A stretch of DNA of 34,903 nucleotides from an uncultured Candidatus Saccharibacteria bacterium (lineage in GTDB: Bacteria > Patescibacteriota > Saccharimonadia > Saccharimonadales > Saccharimonadaceae): NCBI GenBank assembly GCA_964629705.1, contig CAZVTE010000001.1, positions 1-34,903 on the forward strand, read 5' to 3'. Every line of letters starts with the position of its first letter. The stretch's first letter is position 1. Of the stretch, positions 26,293 to 33,817 are shown piece after piece. The notes beneath the pieces are model-generated. The model was given only the letters and a program-made list of their open reading frames with translations, made no database searches and had not been told where the DNA came from. A program made the position numbers and the translations under genes.

Positions 26293-28509
26293 ATGTTCAA
26301 CAAATTTGCTAGCAAAATTAAGAGTTGGCTGAATGCTGACGACCTCAAAACGCATGACAACAGCATCATGCAATCTTATGGGTATAATCCAATCAACACA
26401 CTATTTCCGGGTTGCTGTGAAGAAAATGGTAGCTATGATAATAATTATGCCAATATCTCCCGAATCGCTGAAGCTTTCGCCGAAGTATTACCCTACGCAA
26501 TTGACGAAAAGGGTAAGCGCTTAAAGCATGACCCAAACGTGATTAATGTACTGTACAACCCGAATGAAGAGATGTCGGTTACGGATTTCTTAGAGACACT
26601 CATGACGATGCTACTGGTGCATCCGATTGTCTACATTTTGTGCTGGCATTACGAAGGAAATGACGTTGTTCCTGGTGGTCCGATCACGGAGGGTAATCTA
26701 GCTGGGCTCACTTTCATGGAAGGAGTGTCGCAAGCTGTTACTGGAAACGAAACCACTTATTATTGCGGCAGCAATGTCTGGACGAAACGAGATGTGATTG
26801 CACTGAGCCTTAGCGTTAATCCATACAATCTGTTTGCTGGCTATTCTCCAAGCATTGCCGCCAAGAAATGGGCGAACGTTGACGATTATGTGGCAGATTA
26901 CCAAGCGGGCTTCTTCAAGAACGGCGCTATTCCAGCTGGAGAATTCATTGTTACCGCACCGAGCGAAAAGGAGTTTAATGATATTGTCGATGGCCTAGAA
27001 AAACATCACAAGGGCGCAGGCAAAAATAACAACGTTATTTACGCTCATCGCCCAGTAAATACGGTCAATGGTATGCCGCTTGTATCACAAATTGAATGGG
27101 TGCCGTTCGCACAAACCACTGACAAGGGTACACTACAATCAATTTTTGACCAAGCGAATAAGAAAATTGATATGACTTTTGGCGTACCAGAAGAAGTGAA
27201 GGGGCACGTGCAAAACTCCACTTATGCGAGCGCAGAAGTGGCAGACTACATCTTTTCCCGGCGCGTACTCTACCCGAAATTGAAGAAGATCTACAGCAAA
27301 CTCACGCACGAGTTCAATCGCATCACCGGCGGAATGGGATATGCTTTAGACTTTGATTACGAGCCGCCAGTTTTGACCGATACGCGCCAAATCCAAACCG
27401 ATACGCTAACTACCCTGCTGAATGCCGGCTACACCGTAGAGAGTGCCGTTGAGGCCTTGCAGCTTCCTAAATCTTTCTTGGCACTAAAAGAAAAACCTAA
27501 AGAAGAGCCAGTAGTACCAGAAACGGCAGAAATTACAGAAAACGATAAGCAAGACGTTTCCCAAAATGAGGACAAGGAAAAGTCACTTAGCCAGTGCGGT
27601 TGCGGACATAGCCACAACCGCAAGGACGTGATTGACGAATTGACCGCTAGAGAACCAGATGAAGAGGTTAATCCAGAAGTTCTGAAGGTACTGATGGGGT
27701 TAATCACAAGTATTCTTGCCCACGCCACCACCGAAATTGAGACCAACAATGGAATATTAGATATTGACAGCTTAGAAAAATGGGTCAAAACCTCCGGTCT
27801 GGAATCACGCACTGCTAAGATGTTTAGCGCCGCTCTGCTTTTCCTTATGATGGCGAAGGGCGAAGATGCGGCAGTTGATTTTGCCGACAGATTAGGGATT
27901 GACACTTTTAGTCCGGAAATTACTGAGGGTGATATGGAAGCGATAGAGCAAAGATCCAGAGAGCTTACGGTTAGCTTAGCCGACCAAATCATCGAAAGCG
28001 TTAAGAAAGTGATGACAGACGCCAAAACCAACGGGCTCACAACTACGGAAACCATTATCCTAATCCAGAATTTAAGTAATTCTGAGGCGTGGCGCGCCAA
28101 ACGAACCGCAGTGACCGAGCAGCACCATGCCGAAGAAAATGCAGTCATGTATGCTGCAATTACTGGCGCGAAATTAGCAAATAAGGTTCTTTACAAAACT
28201 TGGAATATCCACGCTGGGGCTTGCGCTGAGTGCATCCCGCTCAGCGGTGAACGCAGACTAATCACAGAACCATTTTCCAACGGAGAATTAGTGCCACAAG
28301 TTCACCCAAATTGTCGGTGTTATTTAACTTATGATTTCGCAGAGCCTGCTAAATCAATCAAGCTGACCTGTCCAGAGTGCGGTCGCTACTTGCTCGAAAG
28401 CGCCGACGCCAAACTGAAAAATGTGATTTGCGCCAATAGCAAATGCAAACATCGCTATGATATTGAAGTTGCAAATGGTAAAGCTAAGTTTATAGAAAGG
28501 AGGAGGTAA
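26293..28509 (+). CDS. Portal protein fused to Mu gpF-like head-morphogenesis domain and Zn ribbon
   Basis: LYNPNEEMS..DF, GYSP, FFKNGAIPAG, FGVP; then KTW...CAEC..L.G...HPNCRC; then CPEC...CANSKC. Confidence 0.9.
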   Translation: MFNKFASKIKSWLNADDLKTHDNSIMQSYGYNPINTLFPGCCEENGSYDNNYANISRIAEAFAEVLPYAIDEKGKRLKHDPNVINVLYNPNEEMSVTDFLETLMTMLLVHPIVYILCWHYEGNDVVPGGPITEGNLAGLTFMEGVSQAVTGNETTYYCGSNVWTKRDVIALSLSVNPYNLFAGYSPSIAAKKWANVDDYVADYQAGFFKNGAIPAGEFIVTAPSEKEFNDIVDGLEKHHKGAGKNNNVIYAHRPVNTVNGMPLVSQIEWVPFAQTTDKGTLQSIFDQANKKIDMTFGVPEEVKGHVQNSTYASAEVADYIFSRRVLYPKLKKIYSKLTHEFNRITGGMGYALDFDYEPPVLTDTRQIQTDTLTTLLNAGYTVESAVEALQLPKSFLALKEKPKEEPVVPETAEITENDKQDVSQNEDKEKSLSQCGCGHSHNRKDVIDELTAREPDEEVNPEVLKVLMGLITSILAHATTEIETNNGILDIDSLEKWVKTSGLESRTAKMFSAALLFLMMAKGEDAAVDFADRLGIDTFSPEITEGDMEAIEQRSRELTVSLADQIIESVKKVMTDAKTNGLTTTETIILIQNLSNSEAWRAKRTAVTEQHHAEENAVMYAAITGAKLANKVLYKTWNIHAGACAECIPLSGERRLITEPFSNGELVPQVHPNCRCYLTYDFAEPAKSIKLTCPECGRYLLESADAKLKNVICANSKCKHRYDIEVANGKAKFIERRR

Positions 28510-28847
28510 TGGATTGGAGCGCAATACTAGTCGCAATAATATCGGCAATTAGCGTTATTATCGTAGCGGTCGTAAATCGTAATGCTAATAACGAAAATAG
28601 AGAAAAGACAGATTCTCAATACAAAATAATAGTAAATAAGCTAGACGATCTTACCCTAAGAATTGTGCGCCTCGATTTGCTAAATGCAATCCAACATGAT
28701 CCGGAGAACGTCGCGGTAATTATGAGCATGGCGAAATTATATTTTGTAGAACTACACGGTAATTGTTATATGGGTAAAGTATTTCAAGAGTGGGCTAATA
28801 AGCACGATATAAATGTTGGTAATTTACTTGGAAAGGAGGAAAAATGA
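28509..28847 (+). CDS. Holin-like membrane protein
   Basis: N-terminal TM, coiled coil, YFVELHGNCY. Confidence 0.55.
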   Translation: MDWSAILVAIISAISVIIVAVVNRNANNENREKTDSQYKIIVNKLDDLTLRIVRLDLLNAIQHDPENVAVIMSMAKLYFVELHGNCYMGKVFQEWANKHDINVGNLLGKEEK

Positions 28848-28975
28848 GTAAAGTTCTAACCGAAGATATTATCCCCTCCCTCAAGGCTCAGGTTGTAACC
28901 AAAGCTGAGTTTGAGGCGGAGATTGGCAATATCAATAGCAGTCTAACCGAACTCGATACAGGAGCAGGAGTGTAA
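28844..28975 (+). CDS. 43-aa adaptor-like peptide (MSKVLTEDIIPSLKAQV...)
   Basis: AAAGGAGG RBS, ATGA/TAATG coupling; N-terminus similar to the fibre genes. Confidence 0.75.
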   Translation: MSKVLTEDIIPSLKAQVVTKAEFEAEIGNINSSLTELDTGAGV

Positions 28976-29118
28976 TGAGTGTTACAGAAACAATTACCTC
29001 AATGCAGAAACACACCGCTGATGTCTGGGCGAAGATTGAGAAAAAAGGCGGAACTATTCCGGCGCAAAAGAACATTGATAATCTAGCAGAAGCGATTCGG
29101 TCAATTGGAGGAAACTAA
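28975..29118 (+). CDS. 47-aa protein homologous to the N-terminus of the next gene
   Basis: GGTIPAQKNIDNLAEAIRSI vs GGEIPAQKNLANLALAVEGI; coupled at both ends. Confidence 0.8.
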   Translation: MSVTETITSMQKHTADVWAKIEKKGGTIPAQKNIDNLAEAIRSIGGN

Positions 29119-29939
29119 TGAGTGTTGCAGACAAAATCATAAGCATTAAATCCCATATCCAAGCCGCTTATGATGCGGTAGAAGAGATGGGTGGAGAAAT
29201 TCCGGCACAGAAAAATCTAGCGAATTTGGCATTGGCAGTAGAGGGTATTGTCACTGGTCCAGACCCAGACAACCCAACTCTAGAGAATCTCAAAATCGCT
29301 CTTAAGACTGGACACCCCGAGAAATATTATCCTGTAGGCACAAAAATTTTGGATAAACAATCCGCTTGGACTATTGCAAGTTTTGAGACTGCGATCGCCG
29401 AGGATGACCGCAGCGTATTCGGAGCATATCTAATGCAAAGCGTGACTAGCGCGCTAGTCATGAACTATTCTGGGCTGTACAATCCCTACTCAGACTCCAA
29501 ACTTCAGACCTATTTAGAAGGCAGTGATTTTCTGGATACTCTCTCAGATACGCTTAAATCCTTAGCCACGACAATCAAAATTGCTTCCTATCAGATGCGC
29601 ACGCAGGAACTCCTCTCTATCCCAGCTAAGTTTTTCGCACCTTCAAGAGCGGAGCTTAACATGACTGAGCTTGCCATCTATGCCCCGCCAGTTGAAGAGG
29701 GTTCAGCATGGCAATTCTTTAGCAATGCTAACTATTCCGATGCGGAAATTAGGGAAAATCGCATCGTTAGAAATACTTCTAACGCGCCAATCATTTACTG
29801 GACTAGAACTGGTTCTAGTCGCAACAGAGGCAATACCTATTCATTTTTTGTCAACAGAGACGGGAGTCCTGGAGATACAACATGCGCAAATTCAACACAA
29901 ATCACTCCAGTTGCTGCCTGCTTCATTGCCAAAGATTAA
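29118..29939 (+). CDS. Virion-associated protein with DUF6273/C-type-lectin-like C-terminal domain
   Basis: YPVGTKI, YSDSKL..YL, KFFAPSRAEL, YWTRT, FVNRDG, PVAACFI. Confidence 0.7.
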   Translation: MSVADKIISIKSHIQAAYDAVEEMGGEIPAQKNLANLALAVEGIVTGPDPDNPTLENLKIALKTGHPEKYYPVGTKILDKQSAWTIASFETAIAEDDRSVFGAYLMQSVTSALVMNYSGLYNPYSDSKLQTYLEGSDFLDTLSDTLKSLATTIKIASYQMRTQELLSIPAKFFAPSRAELNMTELAIYAPPVEEGSAWQFFSNANYSDAEIRENRIVRNTSNAPIIYWTRTGSSRNRGNTYSFFVNRDGSPGDTTCANSTQITPVAACFIAKD

Positions 29940-29960
29940 CTAATTAAGAAAGGACAAACC

Positions 29961-30977
29961 ATGACAAAAATATCAAGTAAACTAAGCCTTACGTCACCAA
30001 CCGTTAAAGGTATTGTCGCAGTGATTGCAACGTTACTGCTTGGCATCTTTCTCGGCAAGGTGACAACCGTTACCGTAACGCCAGAGCCGGAAACTGGAGA
30101 CGTCACCATTGAATCCGGTTTCACGATGGAACTAGCAGACGAACAAGTGCCGACCGTCATAGAGACGGCAGATGGTGAAGTAGAGGTTATTGAGGCACCA
30201 ACGGTGGAGGAAGTTGACGGTGGTAATCTGAATGATACGGAATGCGATTTAGCGACTGAGGATTGCGGTAGAGGCGCATATTATTATGTGGACGTCACTA
30301 GTCCAAATACCATTAAAGATTCCATTTTAGGCAATTGTATCGATGTCGATGGTTGGTATGGTAGCCAGTGCGTTGACGCCGCCGCTGCAGTGTCAGAAAA
30401 TATGACCGGTAGACGCATGACAACCTGTGGTACTGGCGCTGCTAAAGGTATGATGGATTGCTGGGAACAGAACGCTGGTAGTGATTATGAAGTAATCTGG
30501 GATAAAACTCAGCTTCAACCGGGCGACATCGTGGTGCTTGACGGCGGCAGGTGGGGTCATGTTGGTATTGCAATGGGTGGATACAACGAGGGTTATTTAG
30601 CACTGCTTGGCACTAATCAAGGTGGCGCAGCATGCGCTGGTGGTGGTTCTAGTGCTAATATCATTAACATCAACCTTAAGAACTTCCTTGGCGCTTACAG
30701 GTGGAAGAATTACGTCAAGACAGAGCCGGAAACAGAAGCTACTACTACACTGCCTGTAACTGGCTGCAAAACTTGGGATGTAATCAAGGGCGATACCATG
30801 TCTAAAATCATGCTTGAATGCGAAAACACCGTACGCTACGGCGAAGCAATGGATGCTTATGCTAAGACTTGGTTTAGTCTCTTTGTAATGCCAGGTCAAA
30901 GTGTGTATGACGGTTGGAAAAGCGAGAGTGGAGTCGGGCTCTATGCTGGTGACGAGATCGAACACAGGACGGAGTAA
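29961..30977 (+). CDS. Endolysin: N-terminal TM, CHAP domain, LysM-like C-terminus
   Basis: DVDGWYGSQCVD, LQPGDIVV...WGHVGI...LGTNQG; WDVIKGDTMSKI. Confidence 0.88.
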   Translation: MTKISSKLSLTSPTVKGIVAVIATLLLGIFLGKVTTVTVTPEPETGDVTIESGFTMELADEQVPTVIETADGEVEVIEAPTVEEVDGGNLNDTECDLATEDCGRGAYYYVDVTSPNTIKDSILGNCIDVDGWYGSQCVDAAAAVSENMTGRRMTTCGTGAAKGMMDCWEQNAGSDYEVIWDKTQLQPGDIVVLDGGRWGHVGIAMGGYNEGYLALLGTNQGGAACAGGGSSANIININLKNFLGAYRWKNYVKTEPETEATTTLPVTGCKTWDVIKGDTMSKIMLECENTVRYGEAMDAYAKTWFSLFVMPGQSVYDGWKSESGVGLYAGDEIEHRTE

Positions 30978-31333
30978 TGGACGGAATTACTTTAGCGAGT
31001 ATTGTTGATTTTGTGAAGGTGGTTGCTGCTTTCATTACTGGCGCTACAGTTATTTATAAGCTCGTTAGCACCGCCTTCAAGAAAGCGTTGGCGAGCGAGC
31101 TTAACCCCGTAGTCGAGAAACTCGAAGCCTTGGAGCGCAAACACGACCTATCTGACCGTGAACAAGCCAAGAACTTTATTGTGAGATTCCTGGCTGATGT
31201 CGAGCAAGGTCAAGAAATTGACAAAGATGAACTCCATTGTTTTTGGGATAATTACGAGTTATACAAGAGTATGGGTGGCAACTCGTATATTCATGATAAG
31301 GTGGAGAAGCTGCAAAAAGAAGGCAAGCTATAA
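30977..31333 (+). CDS. Holin-like membrane protein
   Basis: N-terminal TM, coiled coil, YKSMGGNSYI; coupled to the endolysin. Confidence 0.6.
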   Translation: MDGITLASIVDFVKVVAAFITGATVIYKLVSTAFKKALASELNPVVEKLEALERKHDLSDREQAKNFIVRFLADVEQGQEIDKDELHCFWDNYELYKSMGGNSYIHDKVEKLQKEGKL

Positions 31334-31395
31334 AGCCTTCACACCGACATTATAGAGATACTATAAAGTTACTCTAAAGTTTTATGGTAAACAGA

Positions 31396-31427
31396 CTCTC
31401 CTCTCAAATTATTTTTGAGGGGAGAGA
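31396..31427. terminator. Hairpin/terminator between convergent units
   Basis: CTCTCCTCTCAAA...TTTGAGGGGAGAG. Confidence 0.6.
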
Positions 31428-31445
31428 TCTGGGTATTTATGTACT

Positions 31446-31880
31446 CTAGCTACTTTTGTGTCTAGCGCTAGATGATCTAATTTTTTCTATAATAGGTGCG
31501 TTCAATATGTCTTTTTCGCTCCATAAAGCTTTAGATATACTATGTACTACTGCAATGATTTCTACAAACATAGCTGTGCCAATTATATCTAAAGTACCAT
31601 CACTGAGAACATCTATATTCATAGTAACCTTAAATGCTATTTTAAAAAACACCAAAACGATAAATAAAACCACTACATCTTCAGTTAATCTCAGCACAAA
31701 CTTAAGAACTTTATCTCTTTGGCTACTCCTTTGTTTCAATATCTTCATCACCTCGTCGCTTACGGACGGATCAGGCGCTTGAATCTCTGCCTGCGGTGAT
31801 TCTTCAGTATTATATTCTGATTCAGTAAAAAGAGTACGGTAAAATGCGCTCAAATCCTCTTCTAGTTCTGTTTCATCCAT
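31446..31880 (-). CDS. Two-TM membrane protein
   Basis: Acidic N-terminus, two hydrophobic helices; overlaps the ImmA-like gene. Confidence 0.8.
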   Translation of the reverse strand: MDETELEEDLSAFYRTLFTESEYNTEESPQAEIQAPDPSVSDEVMKILKQRSSQRDKVLKFVLRLTEDVVVLFIVLVFFKIAFKVTMNIDVLSDGTLDIIGTAMFVEIIAVVHSISKALWSEKDILNAPIIEKIRSSSARHKSS

Positions 31881-32368
31881 CTTACTCTATTCCTGACCGC
31901 TATAGTTGACACACCAAAGTACTTGGCTACTAAAGATTCATTATCTAAGAGTCTATATATCCTCCTAAATAATTCTTTGGGCATTAAAAGAGATGCAGCA
32001 AAATAGTTAGCTTCAGTTTCTTCTATCGACCCCTTGGAGTCATTATATGTAAAAAAGTCCAACCTAAACTTATCCTGGTTTGGGTGTAAAACAAAATGTC
32101 CGAATTCATGAGCTAGCGTAAAAGTTTTTCTCGCTGGAGATAAATCTTCGTTAATGAATATTCTTGCCTGGCCATCTTCATAAGAAATAGCTCCATTGAT
32201 TTTATGACGATTTTCCTGGAAGTCGAAATCATACAGCCCAATATTATCATAAGCAGTAATAATATCTTTGAGTCCATTTTCCGGATAAGTCATATCAACG
32301 TAATCTAAGATGTTACTAATTGTATCATCTATCTCATGCTGCCTATCAATAGTAAGCTTTCCTCTCAT
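31862..32368 (-). CDS. ImmA/IrrE-family metallopeptidase (DUF955)
   Basis: RKTFTLAHEFGHFVLH, EETEANYFAASLLMP, AKYFGVS..AVRNR. Confidence 0.93.
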   Translation of the reverse strand: MRGKLTIDRQHEIDDTISNILDYVDMTYPENGLKDIITAYDNIGLYDFDFQENRHKINGAISYEDGQARIFINEDLSPARKTFTLAHEFGHFVLHPNQDKFRLDFFTYNDSKGSIEETEANYFAASLLMPKELFRRIYRLLDNESLVAKYFGVSTIAVRNRVRWMKQN

Positions 32369-32460
32369 ACTGTTATTATACCAAACTGACTACTATTCTC
32401 CAACCATAGCCAATTTGTGGAAAATGCCAAAAAATCTTTAGAAAAAGTCCTGGAAAAGTC

Positions 32461-32489
32461 TTGATTTTATACGTCCATGGACGTATAAT
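32461..32489 (+). promoter_or_regulatory. Promoter TTGATT-17-TATAAT overlapped by a perfect 22-bp palindrome
   Basis: TTATACGTCCATGGACGTATAA at 32467-32488. Confidence 0.85.
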
Positions 32490-32544
32490 GATAATAAGAA
32501 CACGGAACATTTACAAATAAAACAAGCCAGGAGAAAGGAAGCGT

Positions 32545-32607
32545 ATGAAACAGTTAAAAACAATTTTCATACCAAAAAGAAGAGCCTCCAAACGGAAGCG
32601 CTTCTAA
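32545..32607 (+). CDS. Possible leader peptide MKQLKTIFIPKRRASKRKRF
   Basis: AAAGGA RBS in a structured leader. Confidence 0.4.
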   Translation: MKQLKTIFIPKRRASKRKRF

Positions 32608-32795
32608 TAATTATCTAAAACAATAATACCAAATCCTAAAGGAAAGGTCAATAGGTCGACCGTGTTCTTTTCCCCGGCTTTTTTAAAAAAGAGGATTATA
32701 AAATGAACGTAACGCTAAAATCTAACGAAGAATCTGGAAGATACAGCTGGGCGGAGCAAATGCTAATATAAAAGCTCATTAGAGGAGAACAACAA

Positions 32796-33188
32796 ATGTT
32801 AAGTGATGAACAAATTAGAATTATCGTCAATCAATTCGTGAAAATGGGTATGAAATTAGATTTCACCGGTCAAGGTCTGGAAATTGCCCTGTTCAGAAAT
32901 GACGACAGTTGGGACTTGCAAACGATTGAGCCGAGGTCTCCGAAACTCAAAGATGCGGAGTTACATTTTAGATTTCCGGATGATTTGCCAGAAGATAACC
33001 TAGATGCCGCGATTGAATTGGCTGGAATCTTGTCAATCAGACTGCACAAATACGCAAACAATAAGAAAGCCAATGCCGGAAAGACGCCAGAACAGCGTAA
33101 AGCTGCCGCCAAGAAAGCCATTGAAGCACGTTGGACAAAATACCGTGCAGAAAAAGCAAAAGCGGCGGAAAATGGTCTTGACAAATAG
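32796..33188 (+). CDS. Hypothetical protein with basic C-terminal TPEQRKAAAKKAIEARW motif (possible nucleic-acid binding)
   Basis: GAGGAG RBS; 130 aa. Confidence 0.8.
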   Translation: MLSDEQIRIIVNQFVKMGMKLDFTGQGLEIALFRNDDSWDLQTIEPRSPKLKDAELHFRFPDDLPEDNLDAAIELAGILSIRLHKYANNKKANAGKTPEQRKAAAKKAIEARWTKYRAEKAKAAENGLDK

Positions 33189-33206
33189 CTTCTGGTTTGA
33201 TACAAT
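33178..33206 (+). promoter_or_regulatory. Strong sigma70-type promoter TTGACA-17-(TG)TACAAT
   Basis: Near-consensus; predicted +1 about 33213. Confidence 0.85.
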
Positions 33207-33212
33207 AAAAAT

Positions 33213-33263
33213 AATCAAGCGAATATTGAAGCCCCGTCCCCTCTTTGAGGGTTGGGGCTTTTT
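33213..33263 (+). ncRNA. Putative ~50-nt terminated small RNA / attenuator leader
   Basis: Promoter, single-stranded 5' end, terminator AAGCCCC...GGGGCTT-TTT; 24-nt complement to 64-87. Confidence 0.65.
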
Positions 33264-33401
33264 CATAGTCTCAAAACAGGTACAAATACTCATAGGTTAG
33301 CAAAACGCTCGTTTGCTAGCTTATGAGTCACAAAATATTAACCGCTAGATTCTGCAACGAGCGGGCAGGATTTTGGTGCTAAAATTTACAACGGAGGTAA
33401 T

Positions 33402-33740
33402 ATGGGAAAAGTACAGGGATTCAATGAACTCATTGACAATGAAAGATTCCTTAAGGAATCTCCTTCAATGACAATGTCAATGAAGAGGGTTTACGGAGCG
33501 CGAGAAATTCCACTGGCGGAAGACGAAGTGGATGAACAGGCTGATTTACTCGTTGAGATGTTCGGAGCTAGAGACAGCAAAGGATTGTACTGTGACGCAG
33601 TGCGCTATTTAACTAAGGCGTTTCTTAACGAAAAGGCTAATTACGCCCTACAAAAGGGGCGCAATCCCGCTGCTTGTTTCGGTGCTATCGTTTACCGTCA
33701 ACTCCGCAAAGCTGGAGTGTACCCGAAACACGCCGTCTAG
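33402..33740 (+). CDS. Putative replication initiation/helicase-loader-like protein
   Basis: GGAGG RBS; ANYALQKGRNPAACFGAIV resembles DnaD/DnaB_C-type helices; internal iteron-like repeats. Confidence 0.45.
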   Translation: MGKVQGFNELIDNERFLKESPSMTMSMKRVYGAREIPLAEDEVDEQADLLVEMFGARDSKGLYCDAVRYLTKAFLNEKANYALQKGRNPAACFGAIVYRQLRKAGVYPKHAV

Positions 33741-33817
33741 CGTATTATCTCACGGATACGTTATACTATTACTCTTCCCTATCTATTATTAACTTAATGG
33801 GTGGGAGGAGTTTTTGT

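Noticed and set aside
27429-28148. 239-aa minus-strand ORF and the many other shadow ORFs
   Set aside because: Antisense to well-supported genes, Ser/Leu-rich mirror composition, no RBS
29118-29939. Diversity-generating retroelement target
   Set aside because: No reverse transcriptase and no template/variable repeat pair seen
33674-33817. N-terminal extension of the integrase from TTG 33674
   Set aside because: Overlaps the upstream gene and a hairpin; the strong RBS supports ATG 33818
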